From Mayamaea pseudoterrestris (taxonomy: Eukaryota), in NCBI GenBank assembly GCA_027923505.1, contig BROI01000008.1:372001-436000 (forward strand): 64,000 bases of DNA. The letters are read 5' to 3'. Shown here in pieces: positions 42,727 through 55,114 of this stretch. The notes beneath the pieces were generated by a model that had not been told where the DNA came from, did no database searches, and saw only the letters and a program-made list of their open reading frames with translations. Numbering within the stretch: the first letter of the stretch is position 1; the number at the start of each line of letters is the position of its first letter. The position numbers were made by a program, and so were the translations under genes.

Positions 42727-44331
42727 ATGTCGGACTCTGATGAATACGAGTACGATGACGACGAGATGGAGGAAGAGCAGTTTCAGTACACTGACGACGA
42801 AGAACAGGCGGACGATGGGCAGGTGGCTCTCGAAAATCAGTACTACAACAGCAAGGGTCTTCGCGACAATGTTGCAGAGGCGGCGACTTCTTTTGAAAAA
42901 GTAATTCAAATGGAGACGGAAAGCGGACAGTCGAACGGATCATGGACTTTCAAGGCCCTGAAGCAACTCGTCAAATTACACCTACGACACGGGGATTCTG
43001 CACTCATGATGCACTATTATCGTCGTTTGCTCGATTGCATTGCACAGCCAAACTCAACACTCTCACCAAACGCCATTGAAAAGGGAGTCAACGCCATGTT
43101 AGAACGAATAGCTTCACTCTACCAGAGCTCGGGTGCAGTGACAGTGTCGTCGAACACTCAATCAGATTTGCAACGATTGGCACTCCAAATTTATGATGCT
43201 ACGCTCCATGTCTTTCACCCGAGCCGCGGTTCATGCCAAAACGAACGTCTTTGGTTCAAGACAAATCTCAAGTACGGCCAGCTTCTATACGAACAAAATG
43301 ATACAGTCAAGCTCGCGCAGGTTTTGCGTGACTTGCAGGCGGTACAGACGGTCACACCCACAGAACATCACGGCGAATACGACGCCAACGTAACGGCGTC
43401 TGGTTCAACACAAACGCTAGAAATTTACGCACTCCAAATGCAGCTCTATAGTCGCCAAAAGGATTCCAAGCGACTTCGTGAGACTTATTACAAGGCAATG
43501 GCAGTCCGTGGTGGTATCCCTCATCCACGCACGCTGGCCATGATTCAAGAGCTTGGCGGCAAAAATTTTATGGCATCCAAGGAATATGAAGCGGCGGAAA
43601 AGACATTTTTTCAAGCGTTCAAAGCATACGATGAAGCGGGTGATGCAAATCGCTTACGCTGCCTCAAGTATCTGGTGTTGGCGGCCATGTTGCACGCGTC
43701 AGTCATTAACCCATTTGACTCGCAGGAAGCTCGACCGTATCGCGATGACCCAGAAATTGTCGCAATGACGAACTTAGTTCAGGCTTTTCATAACAATGAC
43801 ATTAATACTTTTGAGCGCGTTATTCGTCAAGGGCGGGTCATGAATGATGAGTTTATCCGTGAGTATGAATGTCGAATTTATGGCGACACTCAATCAAGTC
43901 TTCTCACGTTTATTTCATTTACCGCTGTCATGTCAGGCGAGCACATTGAAGACCTTCTTCGTACGATTCGCAAGCAGGTTCTACGTCGAGCGGTCCGTCC
44001 ATACACTCGCATTTCGTTGCAAGCCATTGCCAAGGCGTTAAACGATATTCCTATTGCCGATGTGGAAAGTTTATTGATTGGTATGCTGCTCGATGGCGAA
44101 TTGGAAGGACACATTGATCGCGTGGACGGCGTTTTGTACAAGGAAAAGGATGGTCGGGCTTCTGATGCAAATGCCGCCATGATCAATGCCGATGATAGTA
44201 CGAATGCGTTGATTGCGAAGTGTCACGCCATGACTGACCTCGTGGAAATGATGAATCTTTTGCACAGCACGACGAATTCACGAATTAAGGAGGAGAGTGG
44301 AAACACTGGTGCACGGGGACGTGTTCATTAG
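42727..44331 (+). CDS. CSN2: COP9 signalosome subunit 2 (in-frame intron 43859-43936)
   Basis: LENQYYNSKG, W.FKALKQ, NERLWFKTNLK, INPFDSQEARPY, FIR|EHIEDLLRTIR, PCI domain. Confidence 0.92.
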   Translation: MSDSDEYEYDDDEMEEEQFQYTDDEEQADDGQVALENQYYNSKGLRDNVAEAATSFEKVIQMETESGQSNGSWTFKALKQLVKLHLRHGDSALMMHYYRRLLDCIAQPNSTLSPNAIEKGVNAMLERIASLYQSSGAVTVSSNTQSDLQRLALQIYDATLHVFHPSRGSCQNERLWFKTNLKYGQLLYEQNDTVKLAQVLRDLQAVQTVTPTEHHGEYDANVTASGSTQTLEIYALQMQLYSRQKDSKRLRETYYKAMAVRGGIPHPRTLAMIQELGGKNFMASKEYEAAEKTFFQAFKAYDEAGDANRLRCLKYLVLAAMLHASVINPFDSQEARPYRDDPEIVAMTNLVQAFHNNDINTFERVIRQGRVMNDEFIREYECRIYGDTQSSLLTFISFTAVMSGEHIEDLLRTIRKQVLRRAVRPYTRISLQAIAKALNDIPIADVESLLIGMLLDGELEGHIDRVDGVLYKEKDGRASDANAAMINADDSTNALIAKCHAMTDLVEMMNLLHSTTNSRIKEESGNTGARGRVH

Positions 44332-44636
44332 CCAATTTATATGGATTAGACATAGGCCGTCGACGTCTCTAGAGCAATTATGGCATTTATATTTGTACAT
44401 GAAATTGCTTGACGGGTTTAGGCATCGCTTGTGTTACCTCCAATAAGTAGCTTTGACTACGGTAGTAGGGTGTTTGAACAAGTACTTGTACCGGTATATG
44501 TACAAGTAGTAAACATCGTATTCCATAGCGCCACAAGTAGCACATGCGCCAGACCCAATGGAGCGGCGGACAACACAAAAAATCTGATGGACCATGGTCG
44601 AGCCCATCACCTCACAGAACACAGTTCACAGTCACC

Positions 44637-47342
44637 ATGGCGCCTATCGCTCCCATTAATAAAAAGTACTTGTGCGCAGCACCGCGTCCCGAGCAGTGGA
44701 ACGGCTATGCGACAAATACGCTTCGTAATTTAGGCTCTAGCAAGGAGGAGCGCGAAGAAAAATTACGCAAAACGATTGAAGCCGCTCGAACGATGCACGC
44801 GGATTCCATCAAAGCGCATATTGGACCTGGTCGCAAGAGCAATGCGGAACATGCAATTGCCTTTTACGAATATCTGTTAGATCTAGTTATGCAGGGCTGG
44901 AGCGAGGAAGACTTCGCTGAAATTCCGTTAACTGAACCGAAAACGAAAGAGTGGACGCCACCTGCTGCGGCGGAAGCAGAGATCGACGAAGAACAAGCTC
45001 ACTCGTCTCAGCAAACACGACAGCTCGTTCACAATAACAGATGCGAAGTTTGCGACAAAGTAAGGAATGATAAAGCGATAATTGTCGAATGCTCGACATG
45101 CCCTCGCATCTTTCATGCAGCCTGTCATCGGCCTCTAAAGGAACACGCAGTGGACGGTGAATGGCGGTGTGCCTACTGCATTTTGGCGTCCGAACCAAAA
45201 TCTACAAAAACCAGGCGCTCATCTGCTGCTGGAGTCAGACTCATGGCGCGAATGCGTAATCAGCATTTGCGTCAACACAACAAGGAGACCAAGGGAGCGT
45301 CTAAAAGGGGAGCTGCTTCTGAAACAAGCGAAACAGACTACATAGATACAGCCGAAGCGGACGAAGTCTTGGATGCTAAACTTGAAGCTGAAGTGGAAAA
45401 TATTGGACGAGGAGATACTGAGGGGAAAGACGAGTGTGACACAAAAGGTGGCGCCAAAAATGTGCATCTAGTACAAGGTGCACTTATTCTCTCGGACAAT
45501 GCTTTTACAAAGGTGGCAGACACCATTGAAGTGTCTAGTGAGCCATTCGAAGACAATATAGGTGGTACTGTTTCTAAAGTTTCTGGCTGTCTACCCGGTG
45601 CCAGGCTTGATGAGAGTGCGAGGGAGGCCAGCACGACTATTGACGTTCCACATGCCGAGAATATTGCCGCAACCACCAGCGACAACGAAGATGGTAAACG
45701 AGCAGGCATTGAATCGTTAACCCAAAATGAAGGATATGCCACGCCTGGCACGAGACGATTAAAGGCTGAATTGCAGCAACTTATGAATCCTGCAAAGTCG
45801 GGTGATGCGGATTCAGGTGGTCGAGCCAAACGCGCACGAAAGCAGCCTGCACTTTTTGACCCTCAGATTGTTCCAGCACGATCATGGGTATCAGACGAAG
45901 TCCAATATTTGTCTAGCAAGGAAGGTTTGCCTCCTAGTCAGCGAACCGAAGCAATTGAACCATCACCGGAGAATGGGAATGAGGTGGACTTGAGTCCTGA
46001 AGCGATTGCTGAGATTCAGCGCAAGCGCCGAGCGAAGGCTAAGAGAGAAGGGGGCGGTGACGCCATTTGGTGCAATTTCTGCCTGGACTCGCCTGACATC
46101 CCACTGTGTTGCTTTTGTGGCTGCCGATATTGCTTGCTGAAACATGGCCAAACAAAAATGTTGCTTTGCGACACGTGCAACGATGAGTATCATTCGTTTT
46201 GTTTGCATCCACCAGCTGTCCGTGTTGCGTCATCGGTGGCTTGGTTTTGTCCACAATGCAAAGCTTTGCGAGACAGGCGAATGCCTCGGACAACCTCAAA
46301 GCGCACCGTTGTTATGACGAAAGGTAGCGACGATGCCATCACCGTCCATCCACGTCGTAGCGCTTCTTTGCGACGTAACACCGGATCCGCAGGTTCGAAT
46401 GATAGCTTGCCCGAGAAGCGTCGGCCCGGTCGTCCGAGGAAGCACCCAATGATATTACAATGTACGCCTGCTACGAATGCGGGTAAACGGATTGGTCGCC
46501 CATTCAAGAAAAAGTTGGAATCACATCAGAAGCGCAACCGCATAGCGCAAGGCGAAAATGATCTGCCGAGAATGGGAGTCTCCGAGACTGACCCCGTTCC
46601 AGCTGGTGACCTGGGCACGTCCATTGTTGACGACGCAATTGGTATTGATGTGGATGCTATAACTACCAGCAGAAGCGGAAGGACAGTTAGAAGGAGTAGC
46701 TTTCATGATGAATCGGAGCTCGGTGAACAGCACCTACGCTCTTTTCGCGACCAACAGAGACGCGCAAGTACTGGAATCAAGGAAACAGGAAACGTCGGCG
46801 CGGTAAGGTGGGAATCGATCACACCGACAAGTGTTGGAGCGGAAGCCATCAATTATCATGAATCGACAGTTGTTACAGTCGCGTTGGGTGGGGGAGCGCA
46901 AACACCTGCAGATACTCCTATGCAGTTAAACAAAATGGATAAGGTTGCGGGTGATATGACCGTCTCCGACACGTTGATTGCAGCACCGTACTCCCGTTCT
47001 TCTTCATTTGACGGCCATGGCGTGGCGATTGACGCAGTTCAGCATGACAGAGAGCGTGCCCCCAGGCGCAAACCTGGCGCCAGGGAATGCATGCAGATGA
47101 GCCGCCGCTTTGGCGCACGGATTATTGACGAGGCTCATATGGAAACGTTGCTGGATTATTGCCAACGTGGTAAAGTGGAGCATCTAATTCGAATGAGGGA
47201 GCGCTTGGACGATCACGCACGTTTTCTAGAGACGCAACTGGCGGGTCTAGAGTCAGCGGTACAGGAAAAGGGCGAATCAAACATTGTTGTACCGGCAGCT
47301 CCTGTATCGGAAGAGACCACCGGTAGAACCTTCTTGGGATAG
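44637..47342 (+). CDS. PHD-finger chromatin protein (two PHD fingers, AT-hook-like motifs)
   Basis: CEVC...CSTCPRIFHAAC...WRCAYC; LLCDTCNDEYHSFCL...WFCPQC; RRPGRPRK. Confidence 0.85.
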   Translation: MAPIAPINKKYLCAAPRPEQWNGYATNTLRNLGSSKEEREEKLRKTIEAARTMHADSIKAHIGPGRKSNAEHAIAFYEYLLDLVMQGWSEEDFAEIPLTEPKTKEWTPPAAAEAEIDEEQAHSSQQTRQLVHNNRCEVCDKVRNDKAIIVECSTCPRIFHAACHRPLKEHAVDGEWRCAYCILASEPKSTKTRRSSAAGVRLMARMRNQHLRQHNKETKGASKRGAASETSETDYIDTAEADEVLDAKLEAEVENIGRGDTEGKDECDTKGGAKNVHLVQGALILSDNAFTKVADTIEVSSEPFEDNIGGTVSKVSGCLPGARLDESAREASTTIDVPHAENIAATTSDNEDGKRAGIESLTQNEGYATPGTRRLKAELQQLMNPAKSGDADSGGRAKRARKQPALFDPQIVPARSWVSDEVQYLSSKEGLPPSQRTEAIEPSPENGNEVDLSPEAIAEIQRKRRAKAKREGGGDAIWCNFCLDSPDIPLCCFCGCRYCLLKHGQTKMLLCDTCNDEYHSFCLHPPAVRVASSVAWFCPQCKALRDRRMPRTTSKRTVVMTKGSDDAITVHPRRSASLRRNTGSAGSNDSLPEKRRPGRPRKHPMILQCTPATNAGKRIGRPFKKKLESHQKRNRIAQGENDLPRMGVSETDPVPAGDLGTSIVDDAIGIDVDAITTSRSGRTVRRSSFHDESELGEQHLRSFRDQQRRASTGIKETGNVGAVRWESITPTSVGAEAINYHESTVVTVALGGGAQTPADTPMQLNKMDKVAGDMTVSDTLIAAPYSRSSSFDGHGVAIDAVQHDRERAPRRKPGARECMQMSRRFGARIIDEAHMETLLDYCQRGKVEHLIRMRERLDDHARFLETQLAGLESAVQEKGESNIVVPAAPVSEETTGRTFLG

Positions 47343-47643
47343 TTTCTGACTTTCAGCTCGCGGGTTCTTCGCAGTGTTCCTCGTATGCAGCACTACGAAG
47401 CAACGACACTCAGCACAAATTTGACCAGGTAGATATATCGAGTGTACTTTACAACTGAGCCAGTCCGTTATAATATAAGGTAATATACTGCCTTTCGATT
47501 AAGTGGTTTTTTTATGGTCAAATAATATCATACTGAAAGTAAGAGAGCTACCAGTAGTCCTACCGGTACTTGTGCGATCGGTAGCTCGGCGCAGCCACGC
47601 AGCGGCCACCACAAGCGCCGACCTTGGTGCATTGCTGCCCATC

Positions 47644-48870
47644 ATGACAACCGTCGAGCCGCTTCAAATACATTCTTCAGATCATGACGCCTTTCGAATC
47701 GGCCTCTATTACTGCTATTTGACCGTTGTTGACGTTGATGCTCACGTAAAATTTCATGAAAATGTGTGCAGGAGTCGAAAACTAAACGGTCGAGTCCGCG
47801 TTTCGTCGGAAGGCATTAACGGCGTCCTTAGCGGTCACCTCGAGCTGCTGCATGAATACGAGCTGGTGATGAAAGAGTCACTGTCAAATGAAGCAGGAAA
47901 GTATATTGAGTTGGACATTAAGTATTGTCATCTGCGACAGGATTTAAGTGTCGATTCTCAGCTCTTCCAAGATCTGATCGTTCAAAAAACGAAGCAAGTC
48001 ATTAGCTTGGTGGAGCCACAACACGACTACGCGACGAAGAAAAGCAAGCGGAAACAGAAACTACATAGTGCACGATCAGATGAACCGATGGGGGACTTTA
48101 AACGAGTGCAGTCGATTTGGTCAAAAGCCGTGGAGGATATGCACTCCGGCAAGCATGACGCAACAGCAGAATATCTATCACCAAGCGAATGGAACAATCA
48201 CCTCGCACATGTCTCTAATGACGATGATGTGGTTATAATTGACTGCCGAAACTTTTACGAATCCAATATTGGACATTTCGTTTGTCCAAACGCTAGTACG
48301 ATACTCACAAACACACGCAAATATCAAGAGCTACCACAAACACTGATTCAAGAGAAGGAACGACTTGTCTCCAGTAAGCAAATTCTTATGTACTGCACCG
48401 GAGGTGTTCGATGTGAGCGAGCTAGTGTGTTTTTAAGGACGCTTTTGGAAGAAGAAGGTGTTTCGCGAACCAAAATCTACCAGCTTCACGGCGGTATACA
48501 GCGTTATTTACAGCAATCACAAGCGAATGAGGACGGCGAAAATTACTTTCGAGGAAAAAACTTTGTATTTGATCCACGTAGGACCGATCCAGTTCATTGT
48601 GCCGACGATGTCATTGGCGTATGCCTTGTATGCCGGACAAAGCACGACGACTACGACAATGGACACGCCCCGAGCGACAACAAGGAAGCGCGGTGCTGCA
48701 ACTGCCGCATTCTCATATTGGTGTGTAACGCTTGCCGGCCCATTATAGCTTGCTGGGGAGACAACGCAAGAGATAAGCATCAGATGTTTTGCGGCTACAC
48801 GAGATGCCTATACAAGCCTGAACCACGGGTGGTGAAATATAATGACGGATTGCTTCCTAATATACACTAG
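47644..48870 (+). CDS. Rhodanese-domain protein, TrhO/TSTD2 (UPF0176) family
   Basis: GRVRVSSEGINGVLSG, IDCRNFYESNIGHF, MYCTGGVRCERAS, QLHGGIQRYL, GKNFVFD.R, Cys-rich tail. Confidence 0.88.
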   Translation: MTTVEPLQIHSSDHDAFRIGLYYCYLTVVDVDAHVKFHENVCRSRKLNGRVRVSSEGINGVLSGHLELLHEYELVMKESLSNEAGKYIELDIKYCHLRQDLSVDSQLFQDLIVQKTKQVISLVEPQHDYATKKSKRKQKLHSARSDEPMGDFKRVQSIWSKAVEDMHSGKHDATAEYLSPSEWNNHLAHVSNDDDVVIIDCRNFYESNIGHFVCPNASTILTNTRKYQELPQTLIQEKERLVSSKQILMYCTGGVRCERASVFLRTLLEEEGVSRTKIYQLHGGIQRYLQQSQANEDGENYFRGKNFVFDPRRTDPVHCADDVIGVCLVCRTKHDDYDNGHAPSDNKEARCCNCRILILVCNACRPIIACWGDNARDKHQMFCGYTRCLYKPEPRVVKYNDGLLPNIH

Positions 48871-48884
48871 CGGGTTAAAGTTTG

Positions 48885-51633
48885 TTAGCCTCTATCACTA
48901 GCTGCACCGTCGACAAGTTTTGTATTCGATTCCATTTGGCGACGAACCAGCAAGGAATATTGTCCGTCTCGATGCTTAATAAGCTCTTTGTGGTTTCCTT
49001 CCTCAACAATCTTTCCTTCCTTAATAACGTAGATCCAATCAGCATTTCTGACAGTCGAGAGTCGATGAGCGACAATTATGACGGTCATTGTATTGTTGTT
49101 CTTCCCACAAGCGAGCATATTGTCAATAGCCTGCTGCACCAGGAACTCCGATTCGGACTGAACACAAAAACGGTAATGATGTTAGATATAGACAGCAACG
49201 AAAAGTGATCATACATTACAGAAATCAATGACATACGTCAAGGGATGCGGTCGCTTCGTCCATGCACAAAATTCTCGGTTTGCGAACAAGAGCCCTTGCA
49301 ATGGCAATACGTTGACACTGACCGCCGCTCAGCTGTACGCCTCGTTCACCAACTTCAGTGTCATATTTATCAGGCATTTGCTGAATAAAATCATGAGCAT
49401 TGGCAAGCGTTGCTGCCTCCTCAATTTCTTCTTGAGTTGGCTCATTATCTGTTCCTTCAAGACCATACATAATGTTCTTCCTTATCGATCGAGCAAAAAG
49501 CGTTGGCTGTTGACTGACCACAGTCACATGCTTGCTGAGCCACGATGGTGACAGCTGGTAAATTTCTTGGCCGTCAAGCATCACCTTTCCAGATGTAGGC
49601 TCGTATAGATGCTCGATGAGATTCACAACTGAAGATTTCCCTCCACCCGACGCACCGACGAGGGCTACAACTGTTCCCGGTGCAATTTTGAGTGATACGC
49701 CGTCCAGTACGCGCCGCTGCGGGCGAGATGGATAGCACAGCACAACATTGTCCAGCTCAATCTCGCCACGGCAAGAGCTGGGGACGATGCCACGCAACCG
49801 TTGCTCACTAACTTTTTCAGCTCGAATACCCATAATACCACGGGCGGCATGCTCATCTACTGCTGCAGGGCATCGGTCAGGTGGCGTGATTCGTGGTTTA
49901 CGGTGGATGAGTTCAAACACCTTGTCAGCAGCGCCAACTGCTTGCGTCAAGCTACTAAACACATATCCAATAGAAGCAAAAGCATCCGACAAAGATGACA
50001 AGTACAGCAGGAAACTGACGAGCTCGCCACTTGACATCTCGCCATTGCGCACAAGGAGGCCACCGTAGAATACAACCAATGCAAATACCAGCTGTGGAAG
50101 TGCGACTGTGAAAGTGGCAAAACCGCAATATGCGGTAGCGGCCCTCGACGTAAATGCCAAATACTTCGTCATCTTGTCTTCAAATGCTTCTAATTCCGCC
50201 TCGGCAGCATCAAAGGTACGGACCGTGGCGATCGCTGCGAAAGCAGCTTCTGACACTGAATTTCCATCCGCCAAAATCTTTTGCATAAGCTTTGTTAAAG
50301 ATCGAACGTAGTTGCCGTACCACTTCGACAAGATTGTTATAAGAGGCACTGAGATGAAAGCCAGGATCGTTAATTGCCAGCTGACGACGAACATGAATGC
50401 TAGAACACCGATAGCTTGCACAATGGATCGAAGAAAAACGTTCACATTTAACGAAACTTGATCACCCACCAGAGTCGTATCAGAACTCAACCGCGAAGAA
50501 ATGTCGCCCGTCTTGGTCATATCGAAGAAACCAATATCTTGATGTAGTAGCGAATCCATGAGCTGTACGCGGAGTCGAACATTAGCTCGAGCACCGACAA
50601 TGGTAAAAATGCTGCCCCTAATTCCGGAAAAAACGCCAGCGAAAAGTGAAGCAACAATCAAGCGCTTGACATTATCCAAGAAGCCAGGAATTTCCGTAAT
50701 AGACTTATGCCTACGCTGATCATCTGAATCATCGGCGAATGCTGCTGTCAAAGCATCCAGAATCATTCCAAGAAAGCGAGGAATATAAACCTGGGCGACG
50801 GCTGCCAGCAGCAAAAACGCAAACGCTACCCCTATCATATGCGCATCTGGCTGACAAATCTTGGAAAGATCAGACCAAGTTGCTTTATAGGTCGTGTCTG
50901 CTGTTATGTCACTGGTGCCTCTGACGTCCTCATCTCTAGCTGGAAAAGCTTCTTCATCCGATAAAGCAAGCAATGGAACGCGTAATGTTGACGAGCCACT
51001 GCGTCGCAGTGCAACTGATGAATCACCAAGCCAAACCTTGCCGAATTCAGCCGCATATGCACACGCTTGCTCTAAATGGGTGACCTCCGCCAAGGAGAAG
51101 AGCGCGACGAGAGAAACTGCGATCCAAAACAGCGGATGAGACGGCTCAGCATCTGCCTTGATCCCAACTTCAACATTCAGTCGAGCCAAACACTTTATGA
51201 TGCAGACTACTTGCGTGATGATACCTAGCAACTCTCCCCATAAAGCCGGTCGTGAAATCCACCGACAAATCCATGGTTTAAAAGGCTCTTCCAAAGCTTC
51301 ATTTTCGAGCTCCTCGCGCGTTTTCTTTTCGCCATTGGGATGATTCAGCTGAAACGGCCATTCAGGCGGCACTTCAGCGCGAATGAGTGATACCAGTAGG
51401 GCTCCAAACCCAAGAGTCAAACGCAAAATAGCCAAAACGAGAAGATCCTTGAGTGAATTGCAAAAGGAAAATTGCGACGTTTCATCCTCCGCCACGGCGA
51501 CTCCAGGAACAATGTTTGTTAAAAGGAGGATAGAGAAAGTCGCATCAATGACAAGGACTGCAACGAACGCTCCTATTTTCCATCGAGACGTAATAGTTGG
51601 ACTTTCCACAGGGTTTGGTGCCGGTGAAGACAT
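48885..51633 (-). CDS. ABCB-family half transporter (TAP/ABCB9/10-like), intron 49158-49236
   Basis: TM domain with [64 protein letters not shown]. Confidence 0.92.
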
Positions 51634-52018
51634 ATCTGCTTAGCGATACGGATGGAGCGCAAATGCCATGGCGGCGTGATGGTTTGCCATTCGATTCGTC
51701 ATCCCCTTAATCGGTCGCACTGGCTTTCAGTTAGTCCAACATAGCGTACCTCGTAATATTACTATATACACCAGCCGTAATTCTTTATTCTTTAAACCTG
51801 CCCATACATCTGTACTGTGCCTGTATATACTTGTAGTACTTCATAGACTAACTGTAAAGCGAAGCACTATGTACGTCTGAATGTACACGTACGCAAGAGC
51901 GTCTGCACAAACTAATTCGTCGAGCATCTTTGAATTGTTTTGCCGAAGCAATGAGTTCTTATTGTGTGATGTGTACGCCATGCTCATCTCATTTCTGATC
52001 TTACACCAGCCATAAAAG

Positions 52019-52456
52019 CTAACTAATCTTGACCAGCTCTGCTTCAGCAAAATGATGCTCCAAAGCATCGCCGCCATCTTTGCCAGAGCTTTCCAACATA
52101 ACCCTCACCGCCATGTTGATATCCACTTGCTCAGCACAGCAACAAGTCGGATCGACATCACACTTTTCCCAGGTTTCACGGACGATACCGACGCGACCCT
52201 TTAAGTTGTGTTCCGCCTTGAACACGTCCTCAACCACACGAACACTGTCACCCACTTGAAACCAATAACTTGCGGATATATCGCGCATTATCATCGCGGA
52301 TCGCCCAACCGGTAGATAAGGCAACGTTCGCTTGTTTGTATTACCGCAGACAATAGAGGCTCCTGTAAAAGTCGACCGAGATGGAGTGAACGTCAACGCC
52401 AACGCCGTGTATAGAGTGTATGCCATTGCAAAAGCAACTGCTAGATTCAAGCTCAT
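52019..52456 (-). CDS. Probable plastid-targeted SH3-like protein resembling the ferredoxin-thioredoxin reductase variable chain, with a Cys-rich insert
   Basis: Signal peptide plus Ser/Thr/Arg transit-like region; FQVGDSVRVVEDV...LKGRVG.V...HFAEAEL; CDVDPTCCC. Confidence 0.55.
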   Translation of the reverse strand: MSLNLAVAFAMAYTLYTALALTFTPSRSTFTGASIVCGNTNKRTLPYLPVGRSAMIMRDISASYWFQVGDSVRVVEDVFKAEHNLKGRVGIVRETWEKCDVDPTCCCAEQVDINMAVRVMLESSGKDGGDALEHHFAEAELVKIS

Positions 52457-52784
52457 ATTCTGTGCTGCAATCAGTTGTTGTTGACACTTCTATCTGCTGC
52501 TAAAGAGTGTCGTTATAATGCCTAATTCTACTTCGACGGCTGCACTGCACAATCATCCAAGCAGCAGGTTGGTCGTGCAAGCCAAAGTTCCGCACCTTTT
52601 CGCGTGATCCGCCTATTTATGACTCATTGACATTATTCCGAAGAACCCATCTGTGATTCGATGGAAGAGTATTCAAGATGCGTAGGGCCGATATGCTTTC
52701 GAACGATCGGTCGTGATGGGTGATGTTGATGGCTCATGGCTCGGCTACAAACTGTATATTACAATCACCCCGTCTTATGCGAAC

Positions 52785-53589
52785 ATGATGATTCACAGCT
52801 GCCTGCGGTCCAGCAGATTGCCTTTCCGATGCATGGTGGCACATGCTCGATCAGCTTCCTTAACTTATTCGGTTCCCGTCTTGGCACCAGCCGATATGAT
52901 GTTCAAGCGCAGCAGTGGATGTGGCGTACCTCCTCGGCAGTCTAGCACTCATGAAATGTTGTTGACGGTATGTCTTTAGCATACTTGCGTCATGAGTATG
53001 GAATCGCTCGCTCACGGCTGTCGCTCACTCCGTCGCCCCATTCCAGGATGCAGGCGCTTGCTCGGATCTTGCGTATTGTTTGTCTTTCGCCAATGATGAA
53101 AGTGACTTCAACAGTAATTTGTCGAGACTTTTCGACGTAACAATGCGCGACCAGCTAGATTATAGAAAAAAGATCTCTCTCTACAGGCAACAAAATGTGC
53201 TACCGGCAGACATTCGGCCGCTCCCCAGGACGTTGCAGGAAGCCCAAAGCCAAGCGAGCCGAGCCATTGTCATTACAGAAGTCGACAAGCCATTTCGAGT
53301 CGTTGACGTCAACCAGACTTGGGAAGGTTTGTGTGGATACTCATTCATCGAAGCAAAAGGCAAAACTCTGGGCTCACTCTTGCGAGGTGATGAGACGGAT
53401 CAACTTGCCGCCACGGCTCTCGTTTCACGACTTATACACGGAGAGGAAGCTGGCGCGACGCTAACCAACTACACAAAGGCTAGACGACGATTTCGGAATC
53501 GTCTCCGCGTCGGTCCGATTGTTGACGAGACTACTGGTCGGGTAACGCATTTCGTTGGCGTACTGCAAGAAATTCATGATGAATTGTAG
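52785..53589 (+). CDS. PAS/LOV-like domain protein lacking the photoactive Cys (intron 52968-53046)
   Basis: AIVITE..KPF..VDVN..WEGLCGYS..EA.GKTLGSLLRG.ETD...LTNYTK..R.F.N.L.VGP......THFVGV; the N-terminal exon is inferred. Confidence 0.75.
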
Positions 53590-54018
53590 TTTTACTGGCA
53601 TCCTGCGGCGTGCAATTGTTATCAGTTAATCAAGTCATGGTTTATTGCACCAGCATAATTTACTTTACACTGTTATGGTGACTAGATTGTGCAAATACCG
53701 GCATTCCTTAAAGAAGTGCTGCATATTCTTGGATGCATAGCCAATATAGAGTTTGTATGTTTTCAGAGACTTCTCGCGGTGAAGAAGGTAAAAGGGCAAG
53801 CACATCCTGGGAGCAGGTAGATCCATGGTGCCCAATCAGCATCATACGTGTAGCATAATATGATATGCTCATCGTACGAATGCCGTTGCTATAATATGCG
53901 GCGATTGTTGTATGTAGTACCGCTGTGACCAGAGGTAACGACGGAAGGGCGACAAGGATTGTTTTTTGGCAAAGGCAGCCATAGTACACCATAAAGATGT
54001 TCACATTCGTTCATTGCC

Positions 54019-54720
54019 ATGAAAGAGGAACTTTATAAGAAACTCAATTCATTTTTGTCAATTGATGATCAGCGGCTAATTGTCGACGAGATATTGACGC
54101 GGCATCGACAGTGTTGTTCCTCCGACAAAGCCAATGGATTGGATATCAACTTGGATGGAACGAATTCATTTCGACTGGAACTTGGAATAGGTTGTGGTGA
54201 AAATCTCTGTCAGATTTTGGCGGTATCGACGGACCGTTGTCGACAAGCTTTTAAGCAAGGTGCAACACGGTTGAAAAATCCATCACCTTCACTCATTTCG
54301 CTGCACAAGCCAGATACACCGTTGACAGGATTGTCGCTACTGTACGGCCCAAATTCTTTTATGTCACCACATTACGACTCGCCGACACAACCTGGCCAGA
54401 AGGAGGAATGGCTGTGCATGTTTACATTTGGCCTACCCTGCTTGTTCCGCCTAGACGACCTCTGCGTCGAGATGAGATCAGGCGATGCTTTAATTATGGA
54501 CTCCATGTCTGTTTTACATGGGGTAGAAAAGATCCTGGTCGACTCAGGTGCAGATGGCCTACACTCTTGTTCAAGAATAGGGCTGCCGATTGCTAGCCGA
54601 CTCGGTCTGCTTTTTTGGCAGGGTAGGCTTGTCGCCATCGATGCGCTTTCGCCAGATGATATTGGCATGTTTGATGGGTTATCGACATTGTACGGAAATG
54701 TCGAGAACGAGAGTGATTAG
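54019..54720 (+). CDS. AlkB-like 2OG-Fe(II) dioxygenase
   Basis: Y...S.MSPHYD (HxD), FTFGLPCLF, SGDALIM, HGVEKI, terminal R; the 5' end may be incomplete. Confidence 0.7.
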   Translation: MKEELYKKLNSFLSIDDQRLIVDEILTRHRQCCSSDKANGLDINLDGTNSFRLELGIGCGENLCQILAVSTDRCRQAFKQGATRLKNPSPSLISLHKPDTPLTGLSLLYGPNSFMSPHYDSPTQPGQKEEWLCMFTFGLPCLFRLDDLCVEMRSGDALIMDSMSVLHGVEKILVDSGADGLHSCSRIGLPIASRLGLLFWQGRLVAIDALSPDDIGMFDGLSTLYGNVENESD

Positions 54721-55114
54721 CGCTTGGACGTGGGAACGAATCTCTGCTGGCTCATGCCTCAGGCGCTCGCTCGTTTACCATTATGCACTATATTCTTCTT
54801 TAGCCGCAGTGTTTGTGACCTGCTCATCAGCAGCACCTTTTTAGTAATATACAACTTACTCGTATTTGAAAGCTATAAAGCCATGTTTCCATGGGGGTAT
54901 CTTCAAGAGTATATTAAACTACTGTCCTGATAGCAGAGTGAAGCAACGGTTGGGCTTGTCGCACGGGTATACAGTTCTACATCGATGTTCCGCGAAAACT
55001 GCGGCGTTTCTCGTCGCATTGTCATCGCATCATAATATGAACGCTGCAGCAGCGTGCCTATTACAATTGACTTATCCAAATTCAACACTATTAGTCGATT
55101 GATGATTCAAATTC

